Assembly (NCBI RefSeq): GCF_009914755.1
Contig: NC_060925.1
DNA length: 64,000 nucleotides
Strand: one strand, 5' to 3'
Source: the human T2T-CHM13v2.0 reference genome, Homo sapiens
The notes beneath the pieces were generated by a model. It was not told the DNA's origin, did no database searches, and saw nothing but the letters and a program-made list of their open reading frames with translations. Position 1 is the first letter of the stretch. Each line of letters begins with the position of its first letter. This document shows, in pieces, positions 63,710 through 64,000 of the stretch. The position numbers were made by a program, and so were the translations under genes.

Positions 63710-63935
63710 TAGAACACTGGTTAAGAGCATTGTCTCTGGAATCAAAGATCCAGATTTGAATCCTGCTTCTACTACTCAACTATCTATGTGATGTTAGGAA
63801 ACTTGCTTAACCTCCCTGCATATCAATTTCCACATCTGTAAAATGGAAATAATAACAGTGTCCATTTTATAGACTCTTGTTAGGATGAAATGAGTTACTA
63901 ACATAAACTGCTTAGAACACCCCATAGTATACACT
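63710..63935 (+). mobile_element. MIR
   Basis: ggttaagagcatt...tgaatcctgcttctactact...catctgtaaaatggaaataata. Confidence 0.8.
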
Positions 63936-64000
63936 AGAGATGTATTTGCTAATTAAACAAGAATAAATGTATAAATCCAGTACAAGCAACGTACTTTCTA

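Overview
Primate genomic DNA, almost certainly human, covering the 5' end of PHC2 (polyhomeotic homolog 2, a canonical PRC1 subunit) on the minus strand. A CpG-island promoter and a probable non-coding first exon lie at about 60.0-60.95 kb. A ~55 kb repeat-rich first intron follows (Alu, old L1M, L2/MIR, MER DNA transposons, MLT LTRs), then four coding exons at 4963-5136, 1886-2044, 620-697 and 24-188. Together they encode the first 192 aa (MENELPVPHT...QMYLRAQM), and the gene continues past the left edge of the window. Apart from the ORFs overlapping PHC2 exons, the ORF track is mostly repeat, low-complexity or antisense noise. The most unusual structure is a ~390 bp composite templated insertion at 8207-8595. 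It joins an inverted copy of downstream DNA to a direct copy of upstream DNA, is flanked by a 10 bp direct repeat, and sits next to a very strong G-quadruplex/i-motif tract. A second inverted duplication of unique sequence (12269-12340 vs 15277-15348) lies nearby. A compact RFX/NF-Y/octamer motif cluster sits deep in intron 1. I see no evidence for a new protein-coding system. Repeat family names and boundaries were assigned by eye and are approximate.
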